Source of the DNA: Vicinamibacterales bacterium
GTDB lineage: Bacteria; Acidobacteriota; Vicinamibacteria; Vicinamibacterales; CAZQMT01
DNA: 64,000 nt
Direction of reading: 5' to 3'
NCBI GenBank assembly: GCA_965197935.1
Contig: CBDAOD010000003.1
Span: 1,132,042-1,196,041 of the forward strand
Shown piece by piece: positions 40,375-50,991 of the stretch. The first letter of the stretch is position 1; every line of letters starts with the position of its first letter. The notes under the pieces are model-generated. The model worked only from the letters and a program-made list of their open reading frames with translations. It searched no databases and was not told where the DNA came from. Position numbers and translations under genes: made by a program.

Positions 40375-41630
40375 CTGCCCACCCGCTTCAACTCCAGGGC
40401 GAGCGCCAAGTCGAAATACGGGCGTTCGAGCCCTCCCTGCACCTTGACCCCATTGACGAAGAAGGTCGGCGTCGCCTGCACTCCGAGGCGCCGGCCGAGC
40501 GCGATGTCGGCCTTGACGAGCTCGAGGGTGGCGTCGTAGTCGACGTCGAAGGTCTCGACACCGGCCACGTCGCGAACCGCCTCCCGGATGGCTGCGGGAG
40601 AGAGCGACGCCTGATTCTCGAAGAGCCACTCTTCCATGAGCTCGGCCTTGCCGCCCTCGCGTGCGAGCCGCACGGCCACGGCCGCCTCGCACGCCGCGGT
40701 GTGCAACCCGGTCGCCACGTTCTCGTTGCACTCCGGATCGAGGGGATAGTCCTTGGTGACGAAGACGACGTCGCCCGGATACTGCTCCTGATACCGCGCC
40801 ACGATATCCCGGTAGTTGAAGAACGTCTGGCGGCACGGTGGGCACTGGTAGTCGTTGAACTTCACGATGACGAGTGCGGCCCCCTCACCATCGACGGGAA
40901 CCTCGATCCGGGGCTGGGCAGCGTACCACCCTTCGAATTCGGTCTGCTGTCCGTCGGTCAGCGCCGGCGCAAGTGCCGCAGCCGGGGCCACCGGATCGGG
41001 TTCGGTTGTCGATGCGTCCCGGGCGAAGAACCCCATCGCCAGCGTCGCGCCGCCCAAGAACATCACCGACACCAGCGCCACGACCGGACGTCGGCCGATC
41101 TCCTGGAAGTCCCGCGCGACACGCGTCGGCAAGGACGCCATCGAAAACGGCGTGGAGGCGCCGGACACGACGAAGATGCCGGCAACCGCCACGTACACCA
41201 GGCCGCACAGAATACACACGGCACCGAGCACGAACCACGACACGTACGCCAGATACACGGTGGGTACCAGGGCGATGCCCGAGAGCGCGAACAGATACAG
41301 CGGCACACTCTCCCGATACGTGGCCGGCCCCAGGCGTTCCGCCAGGAGCAGGAGCAGGAGCAGGCCGAACCACACGGTCCCCACCAGCGCCACGGGGACG
41401 CCGCCGATCGACCCGAATCGGCTCAGATAGACGGTCGTGCAGCTCACGGTGGCGTTCACGTCGCAGAAGCTCAAGTACTCTGTCTCGGTCAGGAGCCGAT
41501 GGTGGACGTAGGTGGAAACCGCCGAGGCCACCAACCCCAGTAGCGTGAACGCGAGAAGGAGATTGCGGACTCGCCCCGTCATGAGACGAACAGTGGGTGG
41601 CATGGTCGCCTTGCGTGGGTGCTTGCTCAT
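40371..41630 (-). CDS. VKOR (vitamin K epoxide reductase) domain fused to a DsbA-like thioredoxin-fold domain
   Basis: The N-terminal 5-TM part has loop cysteines FCDVNATVSC and an active-site CILC. The C-terminal part has CPPC and the cis-Pro loop ATPTFFVNG. Confidence 0.8.
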   Translation of the reverse strand: MSKHPRKATMPPTVRLMTGRVRNLLLAFTLLGLVASAVSTYVHHRLLTETEYLSFCDVNATVSCTTVYLSRFGSIGGVPVALVGTVWFGLLLLLLLAERLGPATYRESVPLYLFALSGIALVPTVYLAYVSWFVLGAVCILCGLVYVAVAGIFVVSGASTPFSMASLPTRVARDFQEIGRRPVVALVSVMFLGGATLAMGFFARDASTTEPDPVAPAAALAPALTDGQQTEFEGWYAAQPRIEVPVDGEGAALVIVKFNDYQCPPCRQTFFNYRDIVARYQEQYPGDVVFVTKDYPLDPECNENVATGLHTAACEAAVAVRLAREGGKAELMEEWLFENQASLSPAAIREAVRDVAGVETFDVDYDATLELVKADIALGRRLGVQATPTFFVNGVKVQGGLERPYFDLALALELKRVGR

Positions 41631-41930
41631 GGAGCCCTCTGGGGCGCGGGCCGATCGGCGGACGGCGCCGCCAGAGCGCTCGGTGCGGAACGCCGCGACG
41701 AGCCACTGGCACGGTTCGGCAGAGGTTGCCGGGAGCCCGACTCATCAGCCTTCCCGGGAGGGGCCACCCGCCGGCCGACGGCCCAACATGCCACTTGTAG
41801 CGGCTCGGCCCCACGGCGTCAAGTTCGTGTTCCGCGCCGTGCTCGCTCCGCGCGCCCGGCCCGCCGGCCGCCGCGCGCCGACCCTCGCGCTCGAAACGAC
41901 CGCGGCGGGCCACCGGCCTGATGGCGCCCC

Positions 41931-41971
41931 AAAGAAAAACGAGGAGTGTCCGCTCACGCGAACACTCCTCG
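41931..41971 (-). terminator. Rho-independent terminator after the distal pilin gene
   Basis: Minus strand reads CGAGGAGTGT-(12 nt)-ACACTCCTCG followed by TTTTTCTTT, 25 nt after the pilin stop. Confidence 0.8.
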
Positions 41972-41995
41972 GCCGAATTCCGATCGATCCCCGCA

Positions 41996-42523
41996 CTACT
42001 GGATTGGGTTTGAACCCGCGGGCGCACCGTTTTGCGTGACCACGACCTGCGCAGTGCTCTGGTAGATCGTGCCACCCTGATTCGTGCCGAAGAATCGCGC
42101 GCCGGCTCCGGCCGTGGGATCGCCGCCCACGAAGTACGTTCCGACCACGGTGCCGGCAGCCGCGCCGTTACAGGACGCGGGAGCACCCGCAGCCGCCGCG
42201 CCAGCGGTCAGGGCAACCGTGTAGCCACTCTTGACCGAGGGATCGGTCGCCAGGTCCGGGCCGATGAAGCCGTCACCGCCGGCCACGGTCGGTGGCGTTG
42301 CCAGCCGCACGAGCGACGGGGCGTAGAAGCCACTGCCGCAGCTGGACGCGAAGGTCGACTGGGCGCTGTTGATAGCCCTGAGCGACCCGATGGCCGAAGC
42401 CTCGTTGCCCGACATTCGGGCCCGCAGTAGACCCGGTACCGCGATGGCCGCGATGATCCCGATGATCGCCACGACGATCAGAAGCTCGATGAGCGTGAAC
42501 CCTTTGTTGTCCCGTGCCTTCAT
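41996..42523 (-). CDS. pilA: Type IV major pilin, paralogue 1
   Basis: MKARDNKG/FTLIELLIVVAIIGIIAAIAVPGLL prepilin motif. Two Cys (SSCGSG, PASCNG). The track ORF start at 42649 is an upstream extension. Confidence 0.85.
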   Translation of the reverse strand: MKARDNKGFTLIELLIVVAIIGIIAAIAVPGLLRARMSGNEASAIGSLRAINSAQSTFASSCGSGFYAPSLVRLATPPTVAGGDGFIGPDLATDPSVKSGYTVALTAGAAAAGAPASCNGAAAGTVVGTYFVGGDPTAGAGARFFGTNQGGTIYQSTAQVVVTQNGAPAGSNPIQ

Positions 42524-42627
42524 TGCTTTGCTCCTCGCTGTGTATCCTGCCGCGTTTGTAAGCGCCCAGGTCGTCGCCTCGGCTGGTTCAACGACGCTGT
42601 TCTCGGCTCGAACCTGCCCAGACGAGA

Positions 42628-42643
42628 AGCAAGCGGGATGCCA
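42628..42643 (-). promoter_or_regulatory. Sigma-54 (-24/-12) promoter of pilin paralogue 1
   Basis: Minus strand reads TGGCAT-CCCGC-TTGCT, against consensus TGGCAC-N5-TTGCW. It lies about 105 nt upstream of ATG 42523 and downstream of a PilS/PilR-type NtrC-family pair. Confidence 0.75.
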
Positions 42644-42848
42644 GGCCACACCCTTGTCAGGAAATGGCCCTTAACTTACTGAGAGCAAGTCACTTGATGA
42701 GACGGGTCGGGACGGCGGAACGCCGACCGTCGCGGGCGGCCCTCCGTGACGCGACAGAAAGTGCCGCCCGGGTGACAACGAGCGTCAGTTGGGCGTCCGC
42801 TGCGCGGCCGCAGGTGCCCTGTGTTGGAGCAGGAGGATGCGCCAGGAC

Positions 42849-43376
42849 CTACTGGATCGGCGTGGCGCCCGCAGGCATACCGTTCTGGGTCACGACGACC
42901 TGCGCCGTGCTCTGGAAGATCGTGCCACCTTGGTTCGTGCCAAAGAACCGCGCCCCCGCCCCCGGTGTCGGGTCGGCCCCGACGAAGTAGGTCGTCGTGA
43001 CGGCACCCGCGGCCGCTCCGTTGCACGACGCAGGGGCTCCGGCAGCAGCTGCACCTGGAGTCAGCGTCACGCTGTAGCCGCTTTTGGTCGAGGGGTCCAC
43101 GGCCAAATCGGGTCCGATGAAACCGTCGCCACCGGCGACGGTCGGGGGTGCCGCCAGCCGCGCCAGCGACGGGGCGTAGAAGCCGCTCCCGCAGCTGGCG
43201 GCGAAGGTGGACTGAGCACTGTTCACGGCCCGCAGCGATCCGATTGCCGACGCCTCATTGCCCGACATCCGGGCTCGCAGCAGACCCGGCACGGCGACGG
43301 CCGCAATGATGCCGATGATTGCCACGACGATGAGCAGCTCGATTAGCGTGAAACCGCGCGAATTCTGCAATCTCAT
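42849..43376 (-). CDS. pilA: Type IV major pilin, paralogue 2
   Basis: MRLQNSRG/FTLIELLIVVAIIGIIAAVAVPGLL. Colinear with paralogue 1 along the whole length, roughly 85% identical by eye. Confidence 0.85.
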   Translation of the reverse strand: MRLQNSRGFTLIELLIVVAIIGIIAAVAVPGLLRARMSGNEASAIGSLRAVNSAQSTFAASCGSGFYAPSLARLAAPPTVAGGDGFIGPDLAVDPSTKSGYSVTLTPGAAAAGAPASCNGAAAGAVTTTYFVGADPTPGAGARFFGTNQGGTIFQSTAQVVVTQNGMPAGATPIQ

Positions 43377-43460
43377 GACCCGTCTCCTTCCGTCCGCCAG
43401 CACCGTCACAAAACCCAATACAGGCCCGGAGGAGAGCCTCATGGCGTCGGTCTTGCGGTC

Positions 43461-43481
43461 GACTGATACCTAGTGTCGGTA

Positions 43482-43487
<6 letters not shown>
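43461..43487. promoter_or_regulatory. Perfect 10-bp inverted repeat overlapping the pilR stop codon (regulator site or U-tract-less hairpin)
   Basis: GACTGATACC-TAGTGTC-GGTATCAGTC. Noticeably AT-richer than its context. Confidence 0.35.
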
Positions 43488-44909
<1,422 letters not shown>

Positions 44910-44982
44910 TCGTGACGTCGTCGGTCCGTGCTGGCTTGACGCCTCGGTCCCATCGTTTCGCTCTCGCGGAGACTCCGGCCGC

Positions 44983-46605
44983 TCACGCCGACCTGGCCAT
45001 GGCGCTGGCGGGCAGCCGCACGCTTACGGTCGTGCCGGCGCCCGGCGACGAGCGGACCTCGAGCTCGCCTCCGTAGTCGCTCGCGATGCGGTCGACAATC
45101 GCCAGCCCCAGACCGCTGCCCTTCGGAAAGGCCCCGCGGAACGGCTGCCGCATCTCGTCCAGCCGGTCCGCCGGAATCCCGACCCCCTCGTCGCCGACCA
45201 TCAGGACCACGGCGTCCTGCTCGTCCCGGGCGGACATCACGAGCCGGCCACCCTCCGGCATCGCCCGCAACCCGTTGCTGGCCAGATTCCAGATGACCTG
45301 GCGGATCTGGCCCTCGTCGGCCTCGTACCACACGCCAGTCTCCGGCCCCTGGACCTCGATGCTGTGGCGGGGCCCCACGGCCGAGCTGTTCCTGAGCAGG
45401 AGCGCGGTGTCGCTCATCAGTGCCCGCACGTCCAGCCGGGTGGTCGCGAAGCGCTGCGGTCGGGCGTAGTCGAGCAGGCTACGGATGCTGTCGTTGAGCC
45501 GGCCCGACTCCCGGAGCACGATGTCCATGAGCTGCACCTGCTCGTCCGTCAGGGTCAGCTCGCGCCGAAGAATCTGGATCGACCCGGACATCGACGCCAG
45601 CGGGTTGCGGATCTCGTGCGCGATGCCGGCGGCCATTTCGCCCACGGCAGCGAGCCGCTGCTGGATACGTGTTGCTCGCTCGAGCTTCTTCGGATCGGTC
45701 ACGTCCCGAAACGTGTACACGAATCCGGCCTGGCCGAGCGACGTCACCAGGGGCGTCGCGCTCAGCCCGACCTCGATCCGGTCGCCCCCGTCCTTGGCGA
45801 AGATGTAGTCGACCCGCGGCCGGCCGCCACCCCGCCGAGTGTCGTCCAGCGACCGAGTGAACTCGACGGGGAGCTGCAGCACGTCCTCGACGCCGCGACC
45901 GGACACATCCGTCGCCCGCATCCCCGTGATGGCCTCGGCGCCGGGGTTGAAGGTGAGTATCCGACCCTCACGGTCGGTGGTGACCAGTCCGCTCGTGAGA
46001 CTCTCGATGACATGCTGGTTCAGCGCCTGCAGATCGGCGATCTCGGTCGATGCCCGCCGGAGCCCCTCGGCCAGGTAGCCACTGAGAATCGCGACCGACA
46101 CGAACCCGGAGACGTTGAGCCCCACGGTGAACAGGGCCACGCGGGCCGGGGGAAGCAGCACGGCGGGGCGCGCCAGGGCTCCGGGCCAACCCGCATACTG
46201 CTCCGCCACCACCCACACGTAGGCCACGGCGCTCAGCCCGGCCACGAGCAGGCCGGCGCGTCGCGACCGAACGATGCTGGCCGCGATCACGGGCAGGAAG
46301 TACAACGACGTGAAATAGCTCCCGACGCCGCCCGTAACCCCGATGATGGCCGTGATGATGCAGGCGTCTATTCCGAGCTGCACCTCCACCAGCCATCTCC
46401 GACGCTCGCAGAGCCCCACCGTCAGACGGTAGACGAGGGTCAGGGCGTAGGTCAGGCCAATCAACCCGATGAAGGATCCCTCGGGGGCTTCGCCCGGTAT
46501 CCCGAACGGCACCAACGTCGCGGGCCCGAGCACCGCCGTCACCGTGAACGCCTGGATCCCGATCAACCAGAGCAGCTTGCGTCTGAGCTCGGATCCCGTG
46601 GTCAT
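44983..46605 (-). CDS. pilS: Membrane sensor histidine kinase, PilS-like
   Basis: ATG 46605 (MTTGSELRRKLLWLIG), six predicted TM helices, a PAS-like segment, H-box AAGIAHEIRNPL and HATPase_c (GSGLGLAIV). Confidence 0.75.
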   Translation of the reverse strand: MTTGSELRRKLLWLIGIQAFTVTAVLGPATLVPFGIPGEAPEGSFIGLIGLTYALTLVYRLTVGLCERRRWLVEVQLGIDACIITAIIGVTGGVGSYFTSLYFLPVIAASIVRSRRAGLLVAGLSAVAYVWVVAEQYAGWPGALARPAVLLPPARVALFTVGLNVSGFVSVAILSGYLAEGLRRASTEIADLQALNQHVIESLTSGLVTTDREGRILTFNPGAEAITGMRATDVSGRGVEDVLQLPVEFTRSLDDTRRGGGRPRVDYIFAKDGGDRIEVGLSATPLVTSLGQAGFVYTFRDVTDPKKLERATRIQQRLAAVGEMAAGIAHEIRNPLASMSGSIQILRRELTLTDEQVQLMDIVLRESGRLNDSIRSLLDYARPQRFATTRLDVRALMSDTALLLRNSSAVGPRHSIEVQGPETGVWYEADEGQIRQVIWNLASNGLRAMPEGGRLVMSARDEQDAVVLMVGDEGVGIPADRLDEMRQPFRGAFPKGSGLGLAIVDRIASDYGGELEVRSSPGAGTTVSVRLPASAMARSA

Positions 46606-46621
46606 GGCCAGTCCGGCGTCC

Positions 46622-47824
46622 TCACGCGAGCTGGTTGATGAGCTCGAAGATCGGTAGGTACATCGATATGACGATTCCGCCGACGACAACGCCCAGAACG
46701 AAGATCATGATCGGCTCCAGGAGGGTGAGCAGGCCGGCCACCGCCGCATCGACCTCCTCCTCGTAGAACTCGGCGATCTTGGACAGCATCGCGTCCAGCG
46801 CACCCGTGGTCTCACCGACGTTGATCATCTGGCTGACCATCGGCGGGAAGACCGCGGTACTCTTGAGCGGACCAGAGAGCGACTCGCCACGCTCGAGACT
46901 GGTGCGCGTGAACATCACGGCATCCCGGATGATCGCGTTGCCTGCCGTCTTCGCCGTGATCTCCAGCCCGTCCAAGATCGGCACACCCGAGGCGATGAGC
47001 GTCGAGAGGGTGCGGCAGAATCTGGCGACCGCCACCTTCCGCAAGATGTTGCCCAGCACGGGCGCCTTGAGCATTAGTCGATCCACGACTCGCTCTCCGC
47101 GCTCAGTGCCGTAGCACTTCTTAAACAGGAACGTCAGAGCGATCCCGCCCAGGAGCATGAACGGCATCCAGGCGATCAATCCGTTGCTGGCCGCGATGAC
47201 GATTCGGGTCGGCAGCGGCAGCTCCGCGCCCAGCCCTTCGAACAGCGTCGCGAAGGTCGGAATGACCTTCCACAGGATCGCCGCGACGACGACGGCGGCG
47301 ATCACGATGACCGCGATCGGATAGATCATCGCGGACTTGACCTGGCCCTTGAGCTTGACGGACTTCTCGATGTACTCGGCCAGCCGCTTGAGGATGGTGT
47401 CGAGGATGCCCCCGGCCTCGCCGGCGGCCACCATGTTCGAGTAGAGCTGGTCGAACGCTGCGGGCGACTTCCGCATCGCTTCGGCGAGAGACGCGCCGCC
47501 CTCGACATCCTCGCGCGTCTTCAGGATCATCTTCGCGAATCTGGCGTCCTCCTCTTGCTTGCCCAGGATGTCGAGGCACTGCACGAGTGGGAGCCCTGCG
47601 TCGATCATCACCGAGAACTGTCGGGTGAACACGGCCAGGTTCTTGCTCGGGACGGCCCGCCCCTTCTTCGGTGGTTTCGCCTTCGCCTTCACCGGGTCGA
47701 TCCGGGTGACCAGCACCTGCTCTCGACGAAGCCCGGAGACGACAACCTGCGAGGTGTCGCCACTGCGCTCGCCGCTCACGAGCTCTCCGGTTCGCGTTCG
47801 GCCGGAGTACGCAAAGGTCGGCAT
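46622..47824 (-). CDS. pilC: Type IV pilus platform protein PilC
   Basis: Two GspF-type repeats and the canonical C-terminus ...VGGIVISMYLPIFELINQLA. Confidence 0.9.
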   Translation of the reverse strand: MPTFAYSGRTRTGELVSGERSGDTSQVVVSGLRREQVLVTRIDPVKAKAKPPKKGRAVPSKNLAVFTRQFSVMIDAGLPLVQCLDILGKQEEDARFAKMILKTREDVEGGASLAEAMRKSPAAFDQLYSNMVAAGEAGGILDTILKRLAEYIEKSVKLKGQVKSAMIYPIAVIVIAAVVVAAILWKVIPTFATLFEGLGAELPLPTRIVIAASNGLIAWMPFMLLGGIALTFLFKKCYGTERGERVVDRLMLKAPVLGNILRKVAVARFCRTLSTLIASGVPILDGLEITAKTAGNAIIRDAVMFTRTSLERGESLSGPLKSTAVFPPMVSQMINVGETTGALDAMLSKIAEFYEEEVDAAVAGLLTLLEPIMIFVLGVVVGGIVISMYLPIFELINQLA

Positions 47825-47898
47825 GTCTTCGGTCTCTGATGATGGACGGCCTCACGCGGAAGTCGAGGCGCGATGTTTGGACGGCCAGGCGCCGCGGG

Positions 47899-49050
47899 TC
47901 ACGGCCGCCGTGGTCGAGACATTGGCTCGGCGGCCGACGGCCGGGAGCCGCCGAACCGGGCTCCCTCTCGCCGGACGACGACGTCCTCACCGCGCTTGAT
48001 CATCTCCTGCAGCTCTTCCTTGAGCGAGGAGGCCGCCATGGCGGTCCCGATCGAGATTCGCTTGCGCTGGAAGAGCGTGGCGAGCGCCTGATTCATGGTC
48101 TGCATGCCGAGTCGGTCCTGCCCGGACTGCATGGCCGAGTAGATCTGGTGGATCTTGTCCTCGCGGATGAGATTCCGGATCGCGCTGGTCGGCACCATGA
48201 TCTCGAGCGCCGGCACCCTGCCCTGACCGTTCGAGGTCGGAAGCAGCGACTGGCACACAATGCCTTCGAGTACGAACGAGAGCTGGGTGCGAACCTGCGG
48301 CTGCTGGTGAGCCGGGAAGACATCGATCATGCGGTTGATCGACTGCGCGGCCGAGTTGGTGTGCAGCGTGGCGAACGTGAGATGCCCCGTCTCGGCGATC
48401 CGCAGGGCCGCCTCGATCGTCTCGAGGTCTCTCAGCTCTCCGATTAACACGATATCCGGGTCTTCACGCAGCGCCGACCGGAGGGCCGGCGCGAATCCGT
48501 GTGTGTCGCCACCCACCTCTCGTTGGTTGACCAGGCACCCCTTGTGCTCGTGCAGATACTCGATGGGGTCCTCGACCGTCAGGATGTGCTGGCGTCGCGA
48601 AAGGTTGATCTTGTGGAGCAGCGCCGCCAGCGTGGTCGACTTGCCGCTACCGGTGGGCCCGGTCACCAGAACGAGGCCGCGCGGTCGCTCGGCGAGCTCG
48701 GCAATGACCGGAGGGAGGCCCAGTTCTTGAAATCCATGGATCTTGTCGGGGATCAGTCGGTAGACCGCCCCGACGGAGCCACGCTGGCTGAACACGTTGC
48801 AGCGGAAGCGACCGATGCCGCGGACGCCGAAGGCGAGGTCCAGCTCTAGGGTCTCCTCGAAACGCTTCTTCTGTCCGTCGGTGAGCACGCTGTAGGCCAG
48901 CCGCTTGGTGTCGGCCGGCGTCAGCTTCGGCGCATCGAGCGTCCGGAGCTCGCCATGAACGCGAACCTGGGGCGGGGTGCCGGTCGCGAGGTGCAGATCG
49001 GATCCACCGAGCTCGCTGGTCGTCTTGAGTAGTTCGGGCAGTGTCGGCAT
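47899..49050 (-). CDS. pilT: Type IV pilus retraction ATPase PilT
   Basis: ATG 49050 (MPTLPELLKTTSELGGSDLHL). Walker A GPTGSGKST, and AHQQPQVRTQLS plus the GMQTMNQAL region typical of PilT. The upstream 108 aa of the track ORF are rejected. Confidence 0.9.
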   Translation of the reverse strand: MPTLPELLKTTSELGGSDLHLATGTPPQVRVHGELRTLDAPKLTPADTKRLAYSVLTDGQKKRFEETLELDLAFGVRGIGRFRCNVFSQRGSVGAVYRLIPDKIHGFQELGLPPVIAELAERPRGLVLVTGPTGSGKSTTLAALLHKINLSRRQHILTVEDPIEYLHEHKGCLVNQREVGGDTHGFAPALRSALREDPDIVLIGELRDLETIEAALRIAETGHLTFATLHTNSAAQSINRMIDVFPAHQQPQVRTQLSFVLEGIVCQSLLPTSNGQGRVPALEIMVPTSAIRNLIREDKIHQIYSAMQSGQDRLGMQTMNQALATLFQRKRISIGTAMAASSLKEELQEMIKRGEDVVVRREGARFGGSRPSAAEPMSRPRRP

Positions 49051-49525
49051 GGCTACATCACCGTTTCGCGCACGACCTCCTCGACGGTCGTGACGCCCGC
49101 TGCGATCTTTCTCAGTCCGCTCCCGCGCAGCGAGATCATCCCTTCCTCGAGGGCCTTTCGACGCAGCTCCAACGAGGACGCGCCAACAAGGATCAGCTCC
49201 CGCAGGCTGTCCGTCACCTCCATCACTTCGTACAGCCCGACGCGCCCCTTGTATCCCGTGCGATCGCACTTCTCGCACCCGGCGCCCTCGCTGGGGATCA
49301 CCCGATCTGCGTCGTCGGGCGAGAACCCGATCTTCTGCAGGGCCTCCCCGGGCAGAGGGCTGGGCTGGACGCATTCGCCGCAGACGCGGCGAACCAGGCG
49401 CTGGGCGCAGATCAGATTGACCGAGCTGGCCACGAGAAAGGGCTCGATCCCCATGTTCATCAATCGGCTGATCGTGCTTGGAGCGTCATTCGTGTGAAGG
49501 GTCGAGGAGTCAAGCCCATTCTTAG

Positions 49526-49683
49526 AGTCTCCCTCTGGGATGGGTGAAACCCCTCGCCTTTAGGCGAAGCCTTCAGGAGGCCGCAGGGCCGGACCTCTTC
49601 GGGCTCTGGGACGTGCGCCGTGATAGTCGGCTTCAGCCGACGCGGCGCACTGATTCCCTCGCCTTCAGGCGAGGGAGACTCAA
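49526..49683 (+). mobile_element. Non-autonomous IS200/IS605 derivative (PATE/MITE-like), 158 bp, no ORF
   Basis: It splits the IS256 IR CATTCTTAG|TTGAAACTC. 49535-49581 matches the tnpA-proximal end of the IS200 element (reverse complement of 10345-10392). 49655-49676 matches the other end (reverse complement of 9820-9840), including the CCCTCGCC..GGCGAGGG hairpin. Confidence 0.75.
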
Positions 49684-49710
49684 TTGAAACTCTCTACGGC
49701 TCCGGATTCG

Positions 49711-50991
49711 TCATGCGGCCTTCTTCGATGTCGTCGTGTCGATCTTCAGTTCTTGCTTCAACGCGGCACGAAGCGTGGGCAGGTGGCGGTAGCCCATCAG
49801 CTTCCGCAGGCGCGGCTCGATGTCCAGGAGCGCGGTCGCCAGCCAGCGGTGGCGTTGGCTCGAGTTCTGCCAGTGGTCAACCTTCGCACAGCGTTCCTCA
49901 ACGAGCGCATTGACCGACTCCAGACAGTTCGTCGTCTTCAGCGACCGGCCCAGCACCCCGTACAGCCCGAGGCGATGCAGCGTTAAGGTTTCGTCCAGAC
50001 CTTCTGTCAAGCTCCGAGCCGCCGACTGGTTCCGTTCGTCGAGCTCGCCCTGGAGCGTCTTGAGCGCCGTGAGGGCCTCGTCGTACTCCGGCCGGTTGTA
50101 GGCGCGCTGGAGGCGCTGACGCCACGCCGCCAGTTCGCTCTTGGCCAGGTGACTCACCACGTTCTCCCGCTTGTGCCACTGGCACCGTTGGACCAGGGCA
50201 CGGTGGCGGAAGGTCTTCCGGACGGCTGCCCGCAGCCCCTTGCTGCCGTCGAGGATCACCAGCAGGCCCTGCGAGAGGTCCAGCCCCCGCTCGACCAACG
50301 ACCGCAAGCACAGCGTCAGCACCCGCTCATTCTCCGTGTCCGTCTCCACGAAGCCGAGGAAGTGTTTCGCCCCAGAAATGGTGATGCCCAGTGCGATGAC
50401 CATTGTGGCCTCGGCGAACGTCTTGCCGTCCAATACGATGGCCACGACGTCCTCAGCGGCCAGGTCCCGCTCCTGGAGCTCGTGAAGCTTCGCGGCGCTG
50501 GCCTCGATGAAGCCTCGGGACACCGTCGACCCCGACAGCCCGATCGCGCCGGGAATCGCCTCGGCGGCCGCCTCGTAGTTGCGACACGAGATCCCATAGA
50601 GCCCGCGCTTCAGCAGGAGGTCATTCACCGCGCCGTCGCCATGCAACGCCTCGTAGGCGCGCAACGGAATCTCCCGCCCCGCGACCCCGCGCACCCGCGG
50701 CACCCGAATCGGCACCCGCTGCCCCGCCAGGCCGACGGTCCCAGGGTTGCTACCGTGCCGGCGGCCCCCGATCGACGCGGCCTTGCGGGCGTAGCGCTCG
50801 CCAGCCAGCGCCGTTACCTCCTCGTCGAGCACCTCCTCCACGTGCATCAAGCCCAGCGGGACCAGCGAGCGGATCAGCTCCACCTTGGCGTCCAGCTCCA
50901 GCGCGGTGTAGTCCTCGCGCCGGATGACCTCGACCCGGCCCAGCTGGCGACCCTTCTTGCGCTTCCTGACAGGACGTAGGACACTGCTCAT
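49711..50991 (-). CDS. IS256-family (Mutator-type) transposase, intact copy
   Basis: Single ORF. The likely start is the ATG for MSSVLRPVRKRKKG (50991). The DDE-type core includes ...VLDGKTF...ILDGSKGL...QRCQWHKRENV... Confidence 0.9.
   Translation of the reverse strand: MSSVLRPVRKRKKGRQLGRVEVIRREDYTALELDAKVELIRSLVPLGLMHVEEVLDEEVTALAGERYARKAASIGGRRHGSNPGTVGLAGQRVPIRVPRVRGVAGREIPLRAYEALHGDGAVNDLLLKRGLYGISCRNYEAAAEAIPGAIGLSGSTVSRGFIEASAAKLHELQERDLAAEDVVAIVLDGKTFAEATMVIALGITISGAKHFLGFVETDTENERVLTLCLRSLVERGLDLSQGLLVILDGSKGLRAAVRKTFRHRALVQRCQWHKRENVVSHLAKSELAAWRQRLQRAYNRPEYDEALTALKTLQGELDERNQSAARSLTEGLDETLTLHRLGLYGVLGRSLKTTNCLESVNALVEERCAKVDHWQNSSQRHRWLATALLDIEPRLRKLMGYRHLPTLRAALKQELKIDTTTSKKAA

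Noticed and set aside
41996-43376. Pilin pair as a DGR target/template or a shufflon-type inversion system
   Set aside because: There is no reverse transcriptase, recombinase or inverted crossover repeats nearby. The copies are direct and full-length, each with its own prepilin leader.
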